DNA of 64,000 nt, from assembly GCA_035528175.1 (NCBI GenBank), contig DATKZC010000025.1, forward strand, positions 431-64,430. Reading direction: 5' to 3'. Shown here piece by piece: positions 9,301-19,296 of this stretch. Both the position numbers and the translations under genes were made by a program. Source of the stretch: Minisyncoccota bacterium (lineage in GTDB: Bacteria > Patescibacteriota > Minisyncoccia > RBG-13-40-8-A). Under the pieces are notes generated by a model. It did no database searches and was not told where the DNA came from. It saw nothing but the letters and a program-made list of their open reading frames with translations. Positions within the stretch are counted from its first letter, which is position 1. Each line of letters starts with the position of its first letter.

Positions 9301-10395
9301 TTATCTCCCGCAGATTTCTACTGCTGCTAATTCTACATTAATTTGCGGGAATTTGGAAAATTTCATTTTATACAAAGTTTCAAGCAGAATATCAATCATT
9401 TTAGAAATCTCTGCCAGAGAAAACTCTTCTGACTGTTTTAAAGCGGTGTTTAACTGTTCCGCGCTTATCTCTTCTTTTATCAGTTTTAAAAGATCTTTGT
9501 CAACTCTTAAAAACATCAATTTTCTGGAATAATTTATCAATGACTCAATAAACTGTACTAAATCATATCCCTGATTCACAAATTTATCAATAAAACTTAG
9601 TACCTCGCTGGAGTTTTTCTTTGCCAATAAATCAATAAATTTTATTGCCAAATTGATATCAACAATACCCAGAATATTTTCAATATCTTCTACGGAAATT
9701 TCCTTATCGCCGCTAAACGCAATCACCTGCCCCAACATGCTTTCCGCATCGCGCATAAACCCTTCAGAATTTAAGGCAATAATCCTCAGTGCTTTATCGC
9801 TGATTTTAACTCCTTCTTTTCTGGCAACCATTTCCAGTTTTTTAATCACGTTCTGCAAAGATAATTTCCTGAAATCAAATCTCTGCACGCGCGAAAGAAT
9901 GGTTGGCAGCATTTTATGCGCTTCGGTTGTGGCAAGAATAAAAATGGCATGGGCTGGCGGTTCTTCTAATGTTTTCAACAGAGCGTTAAAAGCAGCTGGA
10001 GTTAATTGATGCGCTTCATCAATAATAAAAACCTTATACTTACCATGACTTGGAGCAAACCTGATTCTTTCTCTTAATTCCCGAACTTCATCAATTCCTC
10101 TATTTGAGGCAGCGTCGATTTCAATTAAGTCCATTGCCCTACTCTCTATAATCTCCAAACAGGATTCACACTTGTTGCACGGCTCAAAACCGGAATCGTC
10201 CTGGCAATTCACTGCTTTTGCCAAAAGCCGGGCTACTGTGGTCTTACCTGTTCCACGCGGTCCGGAAAATAAATAAGCATGAGCAACTTTATTGTTGTTT
10301 AAAGCACTGGTCAGGGTTTTTATAATATGGTCTTGACCAATTACCTCGGAAAACTTTTGAGGTCTATATTTGCGATAAATCACTAGTTCCGCCAT
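9301..10395 (-). CDS. dnaX: DNA polymerase III gamma/tau (short form)
   Basis: YRKYRPQ, GPRGTGKTT, EIDAASNRG, DEAH, SRVQRF. Confidence 0.96.
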   Translation of the reverse strand: MAELVIYRKYRPQKFSEVIGQDHIIKTLTSALNNNKVAHAYLFSGPRGTGKTTVARLLAKAVNCQDDSGFEPCNKCESCLEIIESRAMDLIEIDAASNRGIDEVRELRERIRFAPSHGKYKVFIIDEAHQLTPAAFNALLKTLEEPPAHAIFILATTEAHKMLPTILSRVQRFDFRKLSLQNVIKKLEMVARKEGVKISDKALRIIALNSEGFMRDAESMLGQVIAFSGDKEISVEDIENILGIVDINLAIKFIDLLAKKNSSEVLSFIDKFVNQGYDLVQFIESLINYSRKLMFLRVDKDLLKLIKEEISAEQLNTALKQSEEFSLAEISKMIDILLETLYKMKFSKFPQINVELAAVEICGR

Positions 10396-11053
10396 CTTTT
10401 TTATTAAATACGATAAATTTATAACCTACAAAATTCCACACCATTGAGACTACCGAAGCAATTGCCGCAGCAGCAATGGCCCACTGTTCTACATTTAATC
10501 CTCCTATTGCGGGAATGAGTTTAAAAATAGACGAAGCAATTCCGACATTAATCAGAAAACCGATAATCGAAACAATTAAAAACTGCATAAATTCTCTGCC
10601 TAGTTTTTCTGTAGTTTTCTTTTTAAATGTCCAGAATTTGTTCCAAATATAACTATTAATTGTAGCAATAATAAATGAGGTCGCCTTTAATAAAGTGAAA
10701 AGAATAATCGTTATAGAAAAAACCTCAAACAGGACCTTATCCGAATTAATACCGGAGCGCTTAAAGGCAAAGATAAAAAAACTTAATACTCCCCAATCAA
10801 CCAAAGTATTAAATCCGCCGACCAAGACAAACTTTGCCACCTCGTAAGCAACTTTAATCTTTTTGCTGATTATACTTGCCAAATAAAGAAAAATTAAACA
10901 CACAATCGGAAAAACTATCGGCAAAATTATAGTTATTAATCCGTGAATCTTATCGTACAAATCCGGATTTAAAACCCCTTTGACTACTGCCAAAATCAGC
11001 CAGGCAGCAATTTCACCTAAAACCAAAACCGCGATAACATCGTTTTTTTTCAT
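10364..11053 (-). CDS. GtrA family membrane protein
   Basis: KFVLVGGFNTLVD, NSYIWNKFWTF, WNFVGYKFIVF. Confidence 0.85.
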   Translation of the reverse strand: MKKNDVIAVLVLGEIAAWLILAVVKGVLNPDLYDKIHGLITIILPIVFPIVCLIFLYLASIISKKIKVAYEVAKFVLVGGFNTLVDWGVLSFFIFAFKRSGINSDKVLFEVFSITIILFTLLKATSFIIATINSYIWNKFWTFKKKTTEKLGREFMQFLIVSIIGFLINVGIASSIFKLIPAIGGLNVEQWAIAAAAIASVVSMVWNFVGYKFIVFNKKDGGTSDLSQI

Positions 11054-11075
11054 AAATTTTAATTTTTACTAATTA

Positions 11076-13529
11076 TTATTTTAAATTTATCTCTTCTGAT
11101 AAAGCGTCTGCGCCAGGGGCATTGTTCGCTTTAATTTTTGATCTTTCAAAAATTTCTTTATCAACAATTACTTTATCACGTCCGTATTTTATACGCGAAA
11201 GTTCCTTAATTCTTATTGCAATTTGAGAATCGCCCCTTGCCGGTGGATTGCATTTAATATTAAACGGCGTGCTAGTCATGTTATTTATCAATAATTTAAC
11301 ATAAGCATTAAAATTATCAATATTCAACAAATCCTGCGCGCTAAAAACCGGTTCAAATTGTTTTACTAAGAATTCTGCATCGTCAGCTCCAACTCTAAAA
11401 ACGGCCATACTACCAACATTTCCAAATACTGCGTCTTTAATTTTATCCTCCAATTGCCCAATAAATTGATGCGCTATAATTAAATTTAATTTATATTTTC
11501 TCGCTTCAGCTAAAATCGTTGAAATACTATCAGTTGTAAAATTCTGGAATTCGTCAATATAAAGATAAAAATCCGGCCTTTGATCTTCTGGGGTATCTAC
11601 TCTGGAAAAAGCTCCCATTAAAAATTTACCAACAATAATTAAACCCAATAAATAACTATTTAAATCACCCATTTTCCCTTTTGACAAGTTTGCTAAGAAA
11701 ATTTTCTTTTCATTCATTATTTTCCTAAAATCAAAAGCGCTTTTCTGCTGACACAAAATAGGACGCATGATATCGTTTGCTAAAAATATATTTGTTTTGG
11801 AAGTAATATAAGGAACAATATTTGCTAACGAGGCCTCTCCTCCTGCTTTTTCAGCTTCTTTTTCCCAAAAATCTTTAACTACAATATTGTTTGTTTTTGA
11901 AAGCTTATATTTTCTGAATTCCGCATCAACCAACACTTTAGGAACCTCTAAAAGCGTTGCACCTGATTCTGGATCATCCATAACCAATAATAACGCTCCT
12001 CTCATATACTGTTGGAATACCGGACCCATTCCCTCTGGCGCTTCAGGAAAGATTTTTTTGAAAATATTTATCATTTCATTGGCAAGAAAAGTTTTTTGTT
12101 CTGGGAATTTCGGATCATACTCAAGCATGTTTAAACCCATCGGTCTTTCAACGTCACCGGGATTAAAATAAATAACATCTTCCGCTCTTTCTGGAGGAAT
12201 CATGCCCAAAATATCATCAACATCTGAACCATGAGGGTCAATAAAACAAACACCTTTGCCATTCATAATGTCCTGCTTAATCATATTAATCATTAATTTT
12301 GTCTTACCTGTTCCGGTTTGACCAATAACATAAAAATGTCTGCGCCTATCATTTTCAGTCATTCTAATTTCTGTTTCCTCGCCCCTAAAAATATTCTTGC
12401 CGAGTAATACTCCCTCTTTGGAAATATTTATCGGCGGAACCGATTCTTTAGATTTTAACCATTTCATTTTTGGAGAACCAAGCGAAGTCAATGGAAAATG
12501 AAAAATACTTGCCACTTCCTCGCTGTTTAAAATCATTTTTTGCCTTTTACTGAATACTCTGAACGAAAAATAGAAAGAGAGTTTTTTTAAGCCGTTTTTC
12601 TTCATTTTTTCCAATCTTAAAGAATTAAGATTAGGCACGCCGAACTGATAAAAAGAACCTTCCATGTGGGATAAAAGTTCTGCTGACCTTTCCTGTGTAT
12701 TCCCGGAAAACAAGAGCCGAATATTCGCCTCAAATCCGGTTTTTGATATTTTTGATTGCAAAGATTTTATTGTTTCTTGGGCATCTAAAGTCATTTGCGA
12801 CTGGATTTGTGGTTCGCCTTCTTTTGGTTTTTTCGCAATTTTTCCCTTTACAGCATCGATAAAACTCTGCCCTCTATTCATTTTTCTTATAATGGATAAC
12901 CCGAATTTATCCCAGTTTTTCGAAGCTGGTTTTAAAATAATCTGCAATGCCCCACCCTCGCCGGTTTCTTCTATTTTGCTCAATGCAGTGGAAATATTTT
13001 CCAGAGGGTCGATTTCCAATTCTTTGTATGTTTTTATCGGCAAAATACTATTTTTTTCTAATTTTAAAAATCCTCCAGCGCAAGCTCCTTGAGGATTGAA
13101 AATATTGTAATCCTTAACCTTTTGCACGATAGCTTTCGGATAAAACCCGTAAATTTGTTTTTCCAAAAATGTTTCGTATTTTTTGGGAGCTGCCAGATAA
13201 AAAGAAATTTCTGCGCCAGAAAAGGGAACAGCCATTTCTAAAACAATATACGGCTGGCCATAGGAAAACTGAATTCTAGAACCCCTCTCTCTTAAAGACC
13301 CCAAACTTGATAAAAATTGCTCCATCACAGCAATCCTGTTTTTCTTTTCTTCGGCTGACAAATCCTCTTTTGTCTCTCTGGGTATCTTAATTAAAAATAA
13401 ACTCATATTCAGAGCCCTGACAATTAATCCCCTGCCCCTCGATCTTTCAACTAACAAAATAAACGCCAATCCGCCGATTAGAAGCACAATCAGCCCGCTG
13501 ACAATATAAATAAATTGCATTGTCTCCAT
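11076..13529 (-). CDS. VirD4/TraD/HerA-like ATPase fused to an N-terminal membrane-anchored domain
   Basis: RRRHFYVIGQTGTGKT (Walker A), DPHG, LYIDEFQNF (Walker B), EARKYKL..AHQ. Confidence 0.85.
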   Translation of the reverse strand: METMQFIYIVSGLIVLLIGGLAFILLVERSRGRGLIVRALNMSLFLIKIPRETKEDLSAEEKKNRIAVMEQFLSSLGSLRERGSRIQFSYGQPYIVLEMAVPFSGAEISFYLAAPKKYETFLEKQIYGFYPKAIVQKVKDYNIFNPQGACAGGFLKLEKNSILPIKTYKELEIDPLENISTALSKIEETGEGGALQIILKPASKNWDKFGLSIIRKMNRGQSFIDAVKGKIAKKPKEGEPQIQSQMTLDAQETIKSLQSKISKTGFEANIRLLFSGNTQERSAELLSHMEGSFYQFGVPNLNSLRLEKMKKNGLKKLSFYFSFRVFSKRQKMILNSEEVASIFHFPLTSLGSPKMKWLKSKESVPPINISKEGVLLGKNIFRGEETEIRMTENDRRRHFYVIGQTGTGKTKLMINMIKQDIMNGKGVCFIDPHGSDVDDILGMIPPERAEDVIYFNPGDVERPMGLNMLEYDPKFPEQKTFLANEMINIFKKIFPEAPEGMGPVFQQYMRGALLLVMDDPESGATLLEVPKVLVDAEFRKYKLSKTNNIVVKDFWEKEAEKAGGEASLANIVPYITSKTNIFLANDIMRPILCQQKSAFDFRKIMNEKKIFLANLSKGKMGDLNSYLLGLIIVGKFLMGAFSRVDTPEDQRPDFYLYIDEFQNFTTDSISTILAEARKYKLNLIIAHQFIGQLEDKIKDAVFGNVGSMAVFRVGADDAEFLVKQFEPVFSAQDLLNIDNFNAYVKLLINNMTSTPFNIKCNPPARGDSQIAIRIKELSRIKYGRDKVIVDKEIFERSKIKANNAPGADALSEEINLK

Positions 13530-13530
13530 A

Positions 13531-13905
13531 TTATATCGCTTTCAATTTTCCTTGTTCGACTAATTTTTTATAAAACTCATCTATTAAGGCATCGTGGAAT
13601 TCATCCAAAAGATAAGGATTGTCAAGATTTTTGGCGACCTCCACCGCTTCAATAACTCCCTTTTCAAAAGCCACTTCAATAAGAAGCTGAATCTGTCTGT
13701 CTTTTGGCTGGTCTTTTAATTTCTGCGCTGTTTGTATAGTAGCCTGCTGCTGGCCTGCTGCTGGCTGAGCTGTGGCTATTTTTTCGGAAATAGCTTCTTT
13801 TAGAATTTCTTTTTGCTTTTCTGAACTCAATTCGCCTTCTTTGATTTCTGATTGTTTTAAAATCTCGGCTTTTCTTGCCTCAAAATTTTTATATATTTCT
13901 TCCAT
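13531..13905 (-). CDS. Hypothetical protein, probably co-transcribed with the ATPase
   Basis: Stop lies 1 nt from the ATPase start; NPYLLDEFHD motif; -10 box (TGGTACAAT) just upstream. Confidence 0.7.
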   Translation of the reverse strand: MEEIYKNFEARKAEILKQSEIKEGELSSEKQKEILKEAISEKIATAQPAAGQQQATIQTAQKLKDQPKDRQIQLLIEVAFEKGVIEAVEVAKNLDNPYLLDEFHDALIDEFYKKLVEQGKLKAI

Positions 13906-13943
13906 ATCTATTATTGTACCATATTAAATGATATAATAAAAAT

Positions 13944-15737
13944 ATGAAAAAATATATACCTTTATTTTCGATTTTATTAATAATTCTGATGTTGGCCCTG
14001 GCAACCATCAGCCAAAAACAGGAATCAGCAATTATGGACGAGGTTGCCCACACTCCTGCGGGCTATTCTTATTTAACCCAAAAAGATATGCGTTTAAACC
14101 CAGAACATCCACCTTTATTAAAAGATTTGTCCGCCATTCCCGCACTTTTTATGAATAACCTGCCTGCTGGTAGGCAAGGTATCAACTTTCCGGAAGATTT
14201 AAAATCTTGGACAAGCGAAGTAAACAGTCAGTGGGATTTCGGGTTTAAATTTCTATACGAATCTAATAACAACGCTGATAAAATTATTTTCTGGTCCAGA
14301 ATTCCAATGCTTCTACTACTGATTCTTTTGGGGTTTTTCATTTATCGTTGGACAAAAGAATTATACGGAAAACTTCCCGCTCTGTTCGCAGTTTTCCTTT
14401 TTTCTTTTTCTCCAACATTCTTGGCGCACGGTCGTTATGTTACTACTGATGTCGGCGCTGCTTTCGCATTTTTCTTTGCTTCTTATTTCTTCATAAAATA
14501 CCTAAAGAACCAAAACGGAAAAAATCTGTTTTGGGCAGGAATAGCTTTTGGCATTGCCCAGCTTATAAAATTCTCTTTGATTCTGCTTGTCCCCTATTTT
14601 GGAATCTTGATTTTGATTTGGGTCTATATCAAATGGCGGGAAAACAGACAATTCTGGAAAACATTTTTTCATTATATTTTCAGATTTGCCCTGATTATGA
14701 TTATCGGCTATATTCTTGTTTATCCTGTTTATCTGTTCCATACTTATAATTACCCGCAGGAAAAACAAATTTCCGATACAACTTTCATTGCCTCGCAATT
14801 TCCAGTAAAACCAATCGGCGACCTGACAATTTGGATGTCTAAACAGCCAATTCTTAGGCCGTATGCCCAGTATGCTCTAGGATTATTTATGGTTTTCCAA
14901 AGAGCGACCGGTGGCAATACTACCTATTTCTTGGGAGATGTAACCAATAAGGGTTGGAAGAGTTATTTCCCGATTGTATATGCCATAAAAGAACCATTAA
15001 CATTACACATATTAACTATTATTGCTCTTTTGGTTCTGGCCGCTGGCGGCACTAGAAAAGCTTGGTCGCGAGCATTCGAGTCATTTTCAAATTTTCTGAA
15101 AAACCATTTTACAGAAATTGCAATGTTGATTTTCTTGGCAATTTACTGGGGCGCAAGTATTACCAGCAACTTAAATATCGGCATACGTCATATCCTCCCC
15201 ACATTTCCATTTATTTATGTGCTTGTTTCTGGCCAGATAAGGAAATTATTCAATCAAATCCATAATAAAAAAAGAGTTTTTATTACTTGTTGCCTATTAC
15301 TCGGCGCTTTATTGGCATGGTATGCGTTTTCATCCTTATCAATCTATCCTCATTACCTCGCTTATTTTAACGAATTAATTGGCGGCGCTAAAAACGGTTA
15401 TATATATGTAACCGACTCCAATCTCGACTGGGGACAAGACTTAAAACGTCTAGCAGAATGGGTTGAGAAAAATAACGTCCAAAAAATAAAAATAGATTAT
15501 TTCGGCGGGGCAACTGCGAAATATTATTTAGGAGACAAAGCTGAAGAATGGCATGCGGATTATGATCCGCAAAAAGCAAAAAACAGCTGGTTAGCTGTTT
15601 CCGCAACTTTTCTGCAGCAGAATCGCGCCATAGCGACAAAGGGATTTGAAAGAAGAACTGATTACTATGTCTGGCTTAACCAATACGAACCAGTAACCGT
15701 AATCGGGAATTCAATTTTTGTATATTATATTCCGTAA
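13944..15737 (+). CDS. GT-C fold glycosyltransferase (GT39/ArnT/PMT-like)
   Basis: DE..H..AGY, NPEHPPL, HG.YVTTD, DSNLDWGQDL; many TM helices. Confidence 0.85.
   Translation: MKKYIPLFSILLIILMLALATISQKQESAIMDEVAHTPAGYSYLTQKDMRLNPEHPPLLKDLSAIPALFMNNLPAGRQGINFPEDLKSWTSEVNSQWDFGFKFLYESNNNADKIIFWSRIPMLLLLILLGFFIYRWTKELYGKLPALFAVFLFSFSPTFLAHGRYVTTDVGAAFAFFFASYFFIKYLKNQNGKNLFWAGIAFGIAQLIKFSLILLVPYFGILILIWVYIKWRENRQFWKTFFHYIFRFALIMIIGYILVYPVYLFHTYNYPQEKQISDTTFIASQFPVKPIGDLTIWMSKQPILRPYAQYALGLFMVFQRATGGNTTYFLGDVTNKGWKSYFPIVYAIKEPLTLHILTIIALLVLAAGGTRKAWSRAFESFSNFLKNHFTEIAMLIFLAIYWGASITSNLNIGIRHILPTFPFIYVLVSGQIRKLFNQIHNKKRVFITCCLLLGALLAWYAFSSLSIYPHYLAYFNELIGGAKNGYIYVTDSNLDWGQDLKRLAEWVEKNNVQKIKIDYFGGATAKYYLGDKAEEWHADYDPQKAKNSWLAVSATFLQQNRAIATKGFERRTDYYVWLNQYEPVTVIGNSIFVYYIP
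14159..14179 (+). repeat. Short palindromic insert within the GT-C gene
   Basis: CCTGCCTGCTGGTAGGCAAGG, encoding LPAGRQG. Confidence 0.65.
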
Positions 15738-16289
15738 TTACTTATAGTAAATTCTGTTTTCAATTCTTAAATCAATATACCGTAAGCTCATCCTGTTCTC
15801 GATTTTCTCATCTAAAGCCACTTTTAAAGCTAAAAGCTGGCTTTTTATGTCTCTCTTTAAACTAAACAGTATGTACCAACTCTCATTGGTCACAACCCTC
15901 AATACTTCTATTGGAAATAATTCTATATCAAAACTCGCGACCATTAAACCCATTTTAGAAAATAGTTCGTCTTTTGCCTGCAATAAAATATCCAGAAAAC
16001 TTTTATCTAAAACCTTATCTCCTAATTTGTAATCTTTTTGGGAATAATCTTTTATCAGCAAAATTAAACTGCCACTTGTTTGTGGCGCATCCTTAAAAAT
16101 AATTCCGTCTTTGTTAAAATAAAAACAACTGCCAGTATTGTCTTTACAAATAATACCTATCTCCTGCTCGTCTCTTATTTCTGGCTTCTTTTTAAATAAA
16201 CTCTCTCCGATGGATGAGAAAAATAAAACATAAACCAATCCAGCTAATATAAAAGGAGAGATAATCCAGCTTATTTTGTAACGATACAT
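15738..16289 (-). CDS. FtsQ/DivIB-like protein, apparently lacking POTRA
   Basis: TM helix, C..C.YFNKDGIIF, C-terminal YIDLR..NRIYYK. Confidence 0.55.
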   Translation of the reverse strand: MYRYKISWIISPFILAGLVYVLFFSSIGESLFKKKPEIRDEQEIGIICKDNTGSCFYFNKDGIIFKDAPQTSGSLILLIKDYSQKDYKLGDKVLDKSFLDILLQAKDELFSKMGLMVASFDIELFPIEVLRVVTNESWYILFSLKRDIKSQLLALKVALDEKIENRMSLRYIDLRIENRIYYK

Positions 16290-17497
16290 TTTATTCCGGT
16301 ATATTTTCTTAAAACCTTCGGAACTTTAATGCTTCCATCTTTTTGCTGATAATTTTCAATAATCGCAATTAATGTTCTACCAATTGCAAAAGCCGTGCCA
16401 TTCAAGGTGTGAACAAATTCCAATCCGTTTTTTGTTTTATATTTAATGTTTAATCTTCGCGCTTGAAAATCAGTACAACTAGAGGTGGAGTGCGTCTCGC
16501 GATACTCGTTCTGCCCCGGAAACCAAGCTTCAATATCATATTTAGCTGCAGCTGGATGGCCTAAATCTCCTGTGCACATTTGCACAACGCGATAGGGTAT
16601 TTTCAAAAGGTTCATCAGTTTTTCCTCCAAAGACAACAGAAATTTGTGTTCTTTTATTGAATCCTCCGGCTTACAAAAACTAAACATTTCAACCTTATCA
16701 AATTGATGAACTCTTAAAATTCCTTTTGTATCCTTGCCATAAGAACCCGCCTCCCTTCTAAAGCAGGTTGAAAATCCAACATATCTTTTTGGCAATTCAT
16801 TTTCATTAAAAATTTCGTCCGCGTGCATTGCGCCCAATGATTGTTCTGATGTGCCTATAAGATAAAGATTATCGCTATTGATATAATATGCTTCCTCGCT
16901 GTTCGTTTGCTCTATATAACCCATGCCCTTGGCCATTTCCGGCTTTATCATTACTGGTGGAATAACCGGAATAAATCCCTCTTTTCCTAAAACATCAAAA
17001 GCTAATCGCACTAATCCAAATTCCAGAATCGCTAAATCGCCTTTCAAATATCCGAAACGCGAGCCAGAAGTTTTAGCTGCGCGTTTCACGTCTATAATAT
17101 CCAGTTTTTCAGCTATTTCCATATAATCCCTTAGTCCTTTTTCTGTTTTGCCGACTGCTTTAATAACTTTATTTCCTGTTTCATTGCTGCCAATTGGCAC
17201 ATCGTCCAAGGGCAGGTTGGGTATTTGATTAAACGAAACCTGAAACTTTAAATTGAGTTCATCTCGTTTTTGCTCCCCCTTTTTTATATCGTCTTTTAGT
17301 TTTCTTAATTCTGCCTCTTTTTCTGGAGCATATTCCGTTCTTGCTCGTTGAGCTCTTAATTCTTCTGTTTTTTTAATTACCTCTCTTTTATTTTTATCTA
17401 ATTCCAAAACTTTATCAATATCAATTTTAGCGCCTTTGTTTTCGCAGGCCTTTTTCACTTTTTCTCGATTTTCGCGTAATAATTTAATATCAATCAT
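16271..17497 (-). CDS. serS: Serine--tRNA ligase
   Basis: MIDIKLLREN, GTSE, FRREAGSYGKD, RVHQFDKVE, HTLNGT. Confidence 0.97.
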   Translation of the reverse strand: MIDIKLLRENREKVKKACENKGAKIDIDKVLELDKNKREVIKKTEELRAQRARTEYAPEKEAELRKLKDDIKKGEQKRDELNLKFQVSFNQIPNLPLDDVPIGSNETGNKVIKAVGKTEKGLRDYMEIAEKLDIIDVKRAAKTSGSRFGYLKGDLAILEFGLVRLAFDVLGKEGFIPVIPPVMIKPEMAKGMGYIEQTNSEEAYYINSDNLYLIGTSEQSLGAMHADEIFNENELPKRYVGFSTCFRREAGSYGKDTKGILRVHQFDKVEMFSFCKPEDSIKEHKFLLSLEEKLMNLLKIPYRVVQMCTGDLGHPAAAKYDIEAWFPGQNEYRETHSTSSCTDFQARRLNIKYKTKNGLEFVHTLNGTAFAIGRTLIAIIENYQQKDGSIKVPKVLRKYTGIKCIVTK

Positions 17498-18830
17498 TGT
17501 TTTTTGGTTTCATTGTCGGAAATAAAATTATTTCCCGTACTGTTCTTGAATTAGTCAATAAAACCGTTAATCTATCAATGCCAACGCCAATGCCCGCAGC
17601 TGGCGGCATACCGTATTCCAACGCTTCAATAAAGTCCTTATCATACTGGTGTGCTTCCAGATTTCCTCCCCTCCTCTCTATTTCCTGCGCTTTAAATCTC
17701 TCCACTTGGTCAAATGGGTCATTTAATTCGGAAAATCCATTGGCAATTTCCAATCCATTAACAATTAATTGAAATCTCTCTACTTTTTGATTCTTGCCCT
17801 GAGCTTGTCGAAGAGGTTTCGCCAGAGGCGAAATTTCAATCGGGTGATTGATTATAAAAGTAGGTTCTTTAATTTTTGCAAAAACTTCTTTTTCATCTTT
17901 ATTACCGACAATTTTGCTGTATTCCGCTTTTTTAAACTTTTTTCCGAAAACCTTCTTATCCAGTGAACCTAATAATTTTTCCGTAAAATCCATCATTTTA
18001 TTATAATCCCAATAAGCTGCGTAAAACTCCAGCATAGTGAATTCTGGATTATGTTCCCTGTCCATGCCTTCGTTTCTAAAATTTCTGTTTAATTCATAAA
18101 CTTTTTCAAATCCACCAACTAATAACCTTTTTAAATACAATTCCGGCGCAATTCTTAAATATAAATCCATATCCAAGGCATTCAAATGCGTCTCAAACGG
18201 CCTAGCATTTGCTCCACCAGCCATTGTTTGTAGCATTGGAGTTTCAACTTCCAAAAATCCATTTTCATCCAATAATTTTCTGATTTTTTTGATAATTTCC
18301 GACCGCTTTATAAATTTATCTTTAACTTCTTTATTTATCATTAAATCCAGATATCTTTTTCTGAACCTTTCTTCAACATCTTCTAACCCATACCATTCAC
18401 TCGGCAATGGCAATAAAGATTTGGTTAAAATTTTCCAATCCGAAACCAATAAAGTTTTCTCGCCTTTTTTCGTTAAAAATAATTTACCAGTTGCTTGGAT
18501 AAAATCGCCGATATCCACATTTTCCAAAAACAGCTTATACTTCTTTTCGCCAATTTTGTCTTTTTTAAAATAAACTTGAATCTGCACACTTGTGGTGAGC
18601 GAAGTCGAACCATCTTCGATATGCGCAAAAGTCGAACCCCCGTGCTCCCTAATTGAACGCACCCTGCCAACTAAAGTAATTCTCTTATTTGCCAGTTTTT
18701 TGAAATCATTAATTGCCTCCTTATTTGTATGCGTACGCAAAACCTCAGCCGGATACGCATTAATCCCAGCTTTTTTCAAATTTTCAAGTTTTTCTATTCT
18801 AATTTTCCTTATTTCTTCTAAATTATCCAT
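17490..18830 (-). CDS. lysS: Lysine--tRNA ligase (class II)
   Basis: OB fold, YLRIAPELYLKRL, FRNEG..HNPEF, YGMPPAAG.G.GIDRL. Confidence 0.97.
   Translation of the reverse strand: MDNLEEIRKIRIEKLENLKKAGINAYPAEVLRTHTNKEAINDFKKLANKRITLVGRVRSIREHGGSTFAHIEDGSTSLTTSVQIQVYFKKDKIGEKKYKLFLENVDIGDFIQATGKLFLTKKGEKTLLVSDWKILTKSLLPLPSEWYGLEDVEERFRKRYLDLMINKEVKDKFIKRSEIIKKIRKLLDENGFLEVETPMLQTMAGGANARPFETHLNALDMDLYLRIAPELYLKRLLVGGFEKVYELNRNFRNEGMDREHNPEFTMLEFYAAYWDYNKMMDFTEKLLGSLDKKVFGKKFKKAEYSKIVGNKDEKEVFAKIKEPTFIINHPIEISPLAKPLRQAQGKNQKVERFQLIVNGLEIANGFSELNDPFDQVERFKAQEIERRGGNLEAHQYDKDFIEALEYGMPPAAGIGVGIDRLTVLLTNSRTVREIILFPTMKPKNND
17793..17816 (-). repeat. REP-like palindrome, family B, in-frame in lysS
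   Basis: Coding strand CCTCTTCGACAAGCTCAGGGCAAG, encoding PLRQAQGK. Confidence 0.85.
18589..18611 (-). repeat. REP-like palindrome, family B, in-frame in lysS
   Basis: Coding strand GGTTCGACTTCGCTCACCACAAG, encoding GSTSLTTS. Confidence 0.8.
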
Positions 18831-18859
18831 ATGATTTTATTATAGCATAATTTTAAAAT

Positions 18860-18898
18860 AAAAAAACCCGCTGTTCGCTTTTGCTACTTAGCGGGTTT
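18860..18898 (-). terminator. Intrinsic terminator
   Basis: Minus strand AAACCCGCT...AGCGGGTTT followed by a T run, directly after the stop at 18903. Confidence 0.8.
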
Positions 18899-18902
18899 GA
18901 GT

Positions 18903-19199
18903 TCACTTTCCGGAAAGCCAGGTAAAAACCCCGGTCAGGGTTTGTTTGGAAAATATAAGGCACAGAATCTCAAATCCTCGATCCAAATTTCGATATATAA
19001 CAATAAAAAAGCCAACGAGCAGCGCCATGCCTAAAACAAAGACTGTCGGAGCAATGATCACGGTCATGATAAACTCAAAAATCATGGTGAGCATAGCTTC
19101 GTTGGATGCCACATGCCAGACTCCCAAGAACATGGCGAAGAGAATCGCCACGACTAAGGGAATCCTCCAAAGCATCCTGTTTCTCTGAATCAATTCCAT
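18903..19199 (-). CDS. Small hydrophobic membrane protein, monocistronic
   Basis: Strong SD (AAGGAGG), own promoter and terminator, 2-3 TM helices. Confidence 0.7.
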   Translation of the reverse strand: MELIQRNRMLWRIPLVVAILFAMFLGVWHVASNEAMLTMIFEFIMTVIIAPTVFVLGMALLVGFFIVIYRNLDRGFEILCLIFSKQTLTGVFTWLSGK

Positions 19200-19229
19200 T
19201 GTTTCCTCCTTTGTTTTTTTATTGTAATT

Positions 19230-19293
19230 TAAAACTGATAATAATCAGTTTTATGACTATTATCAGCTTAGCACATACAATTATTTTTGTCAA
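19230..19293 (-). promoter_or_regulatory. Sigma70-like promoter with a downstream palindrome
   Basis: TTGACA-17nt-TAAGCT; inverted repeat TAAAACTGAT-N4-ATCAGTTTTA at 19230-19253. Confidence 0.65.
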
Positions 19294-19296
19294 TGG

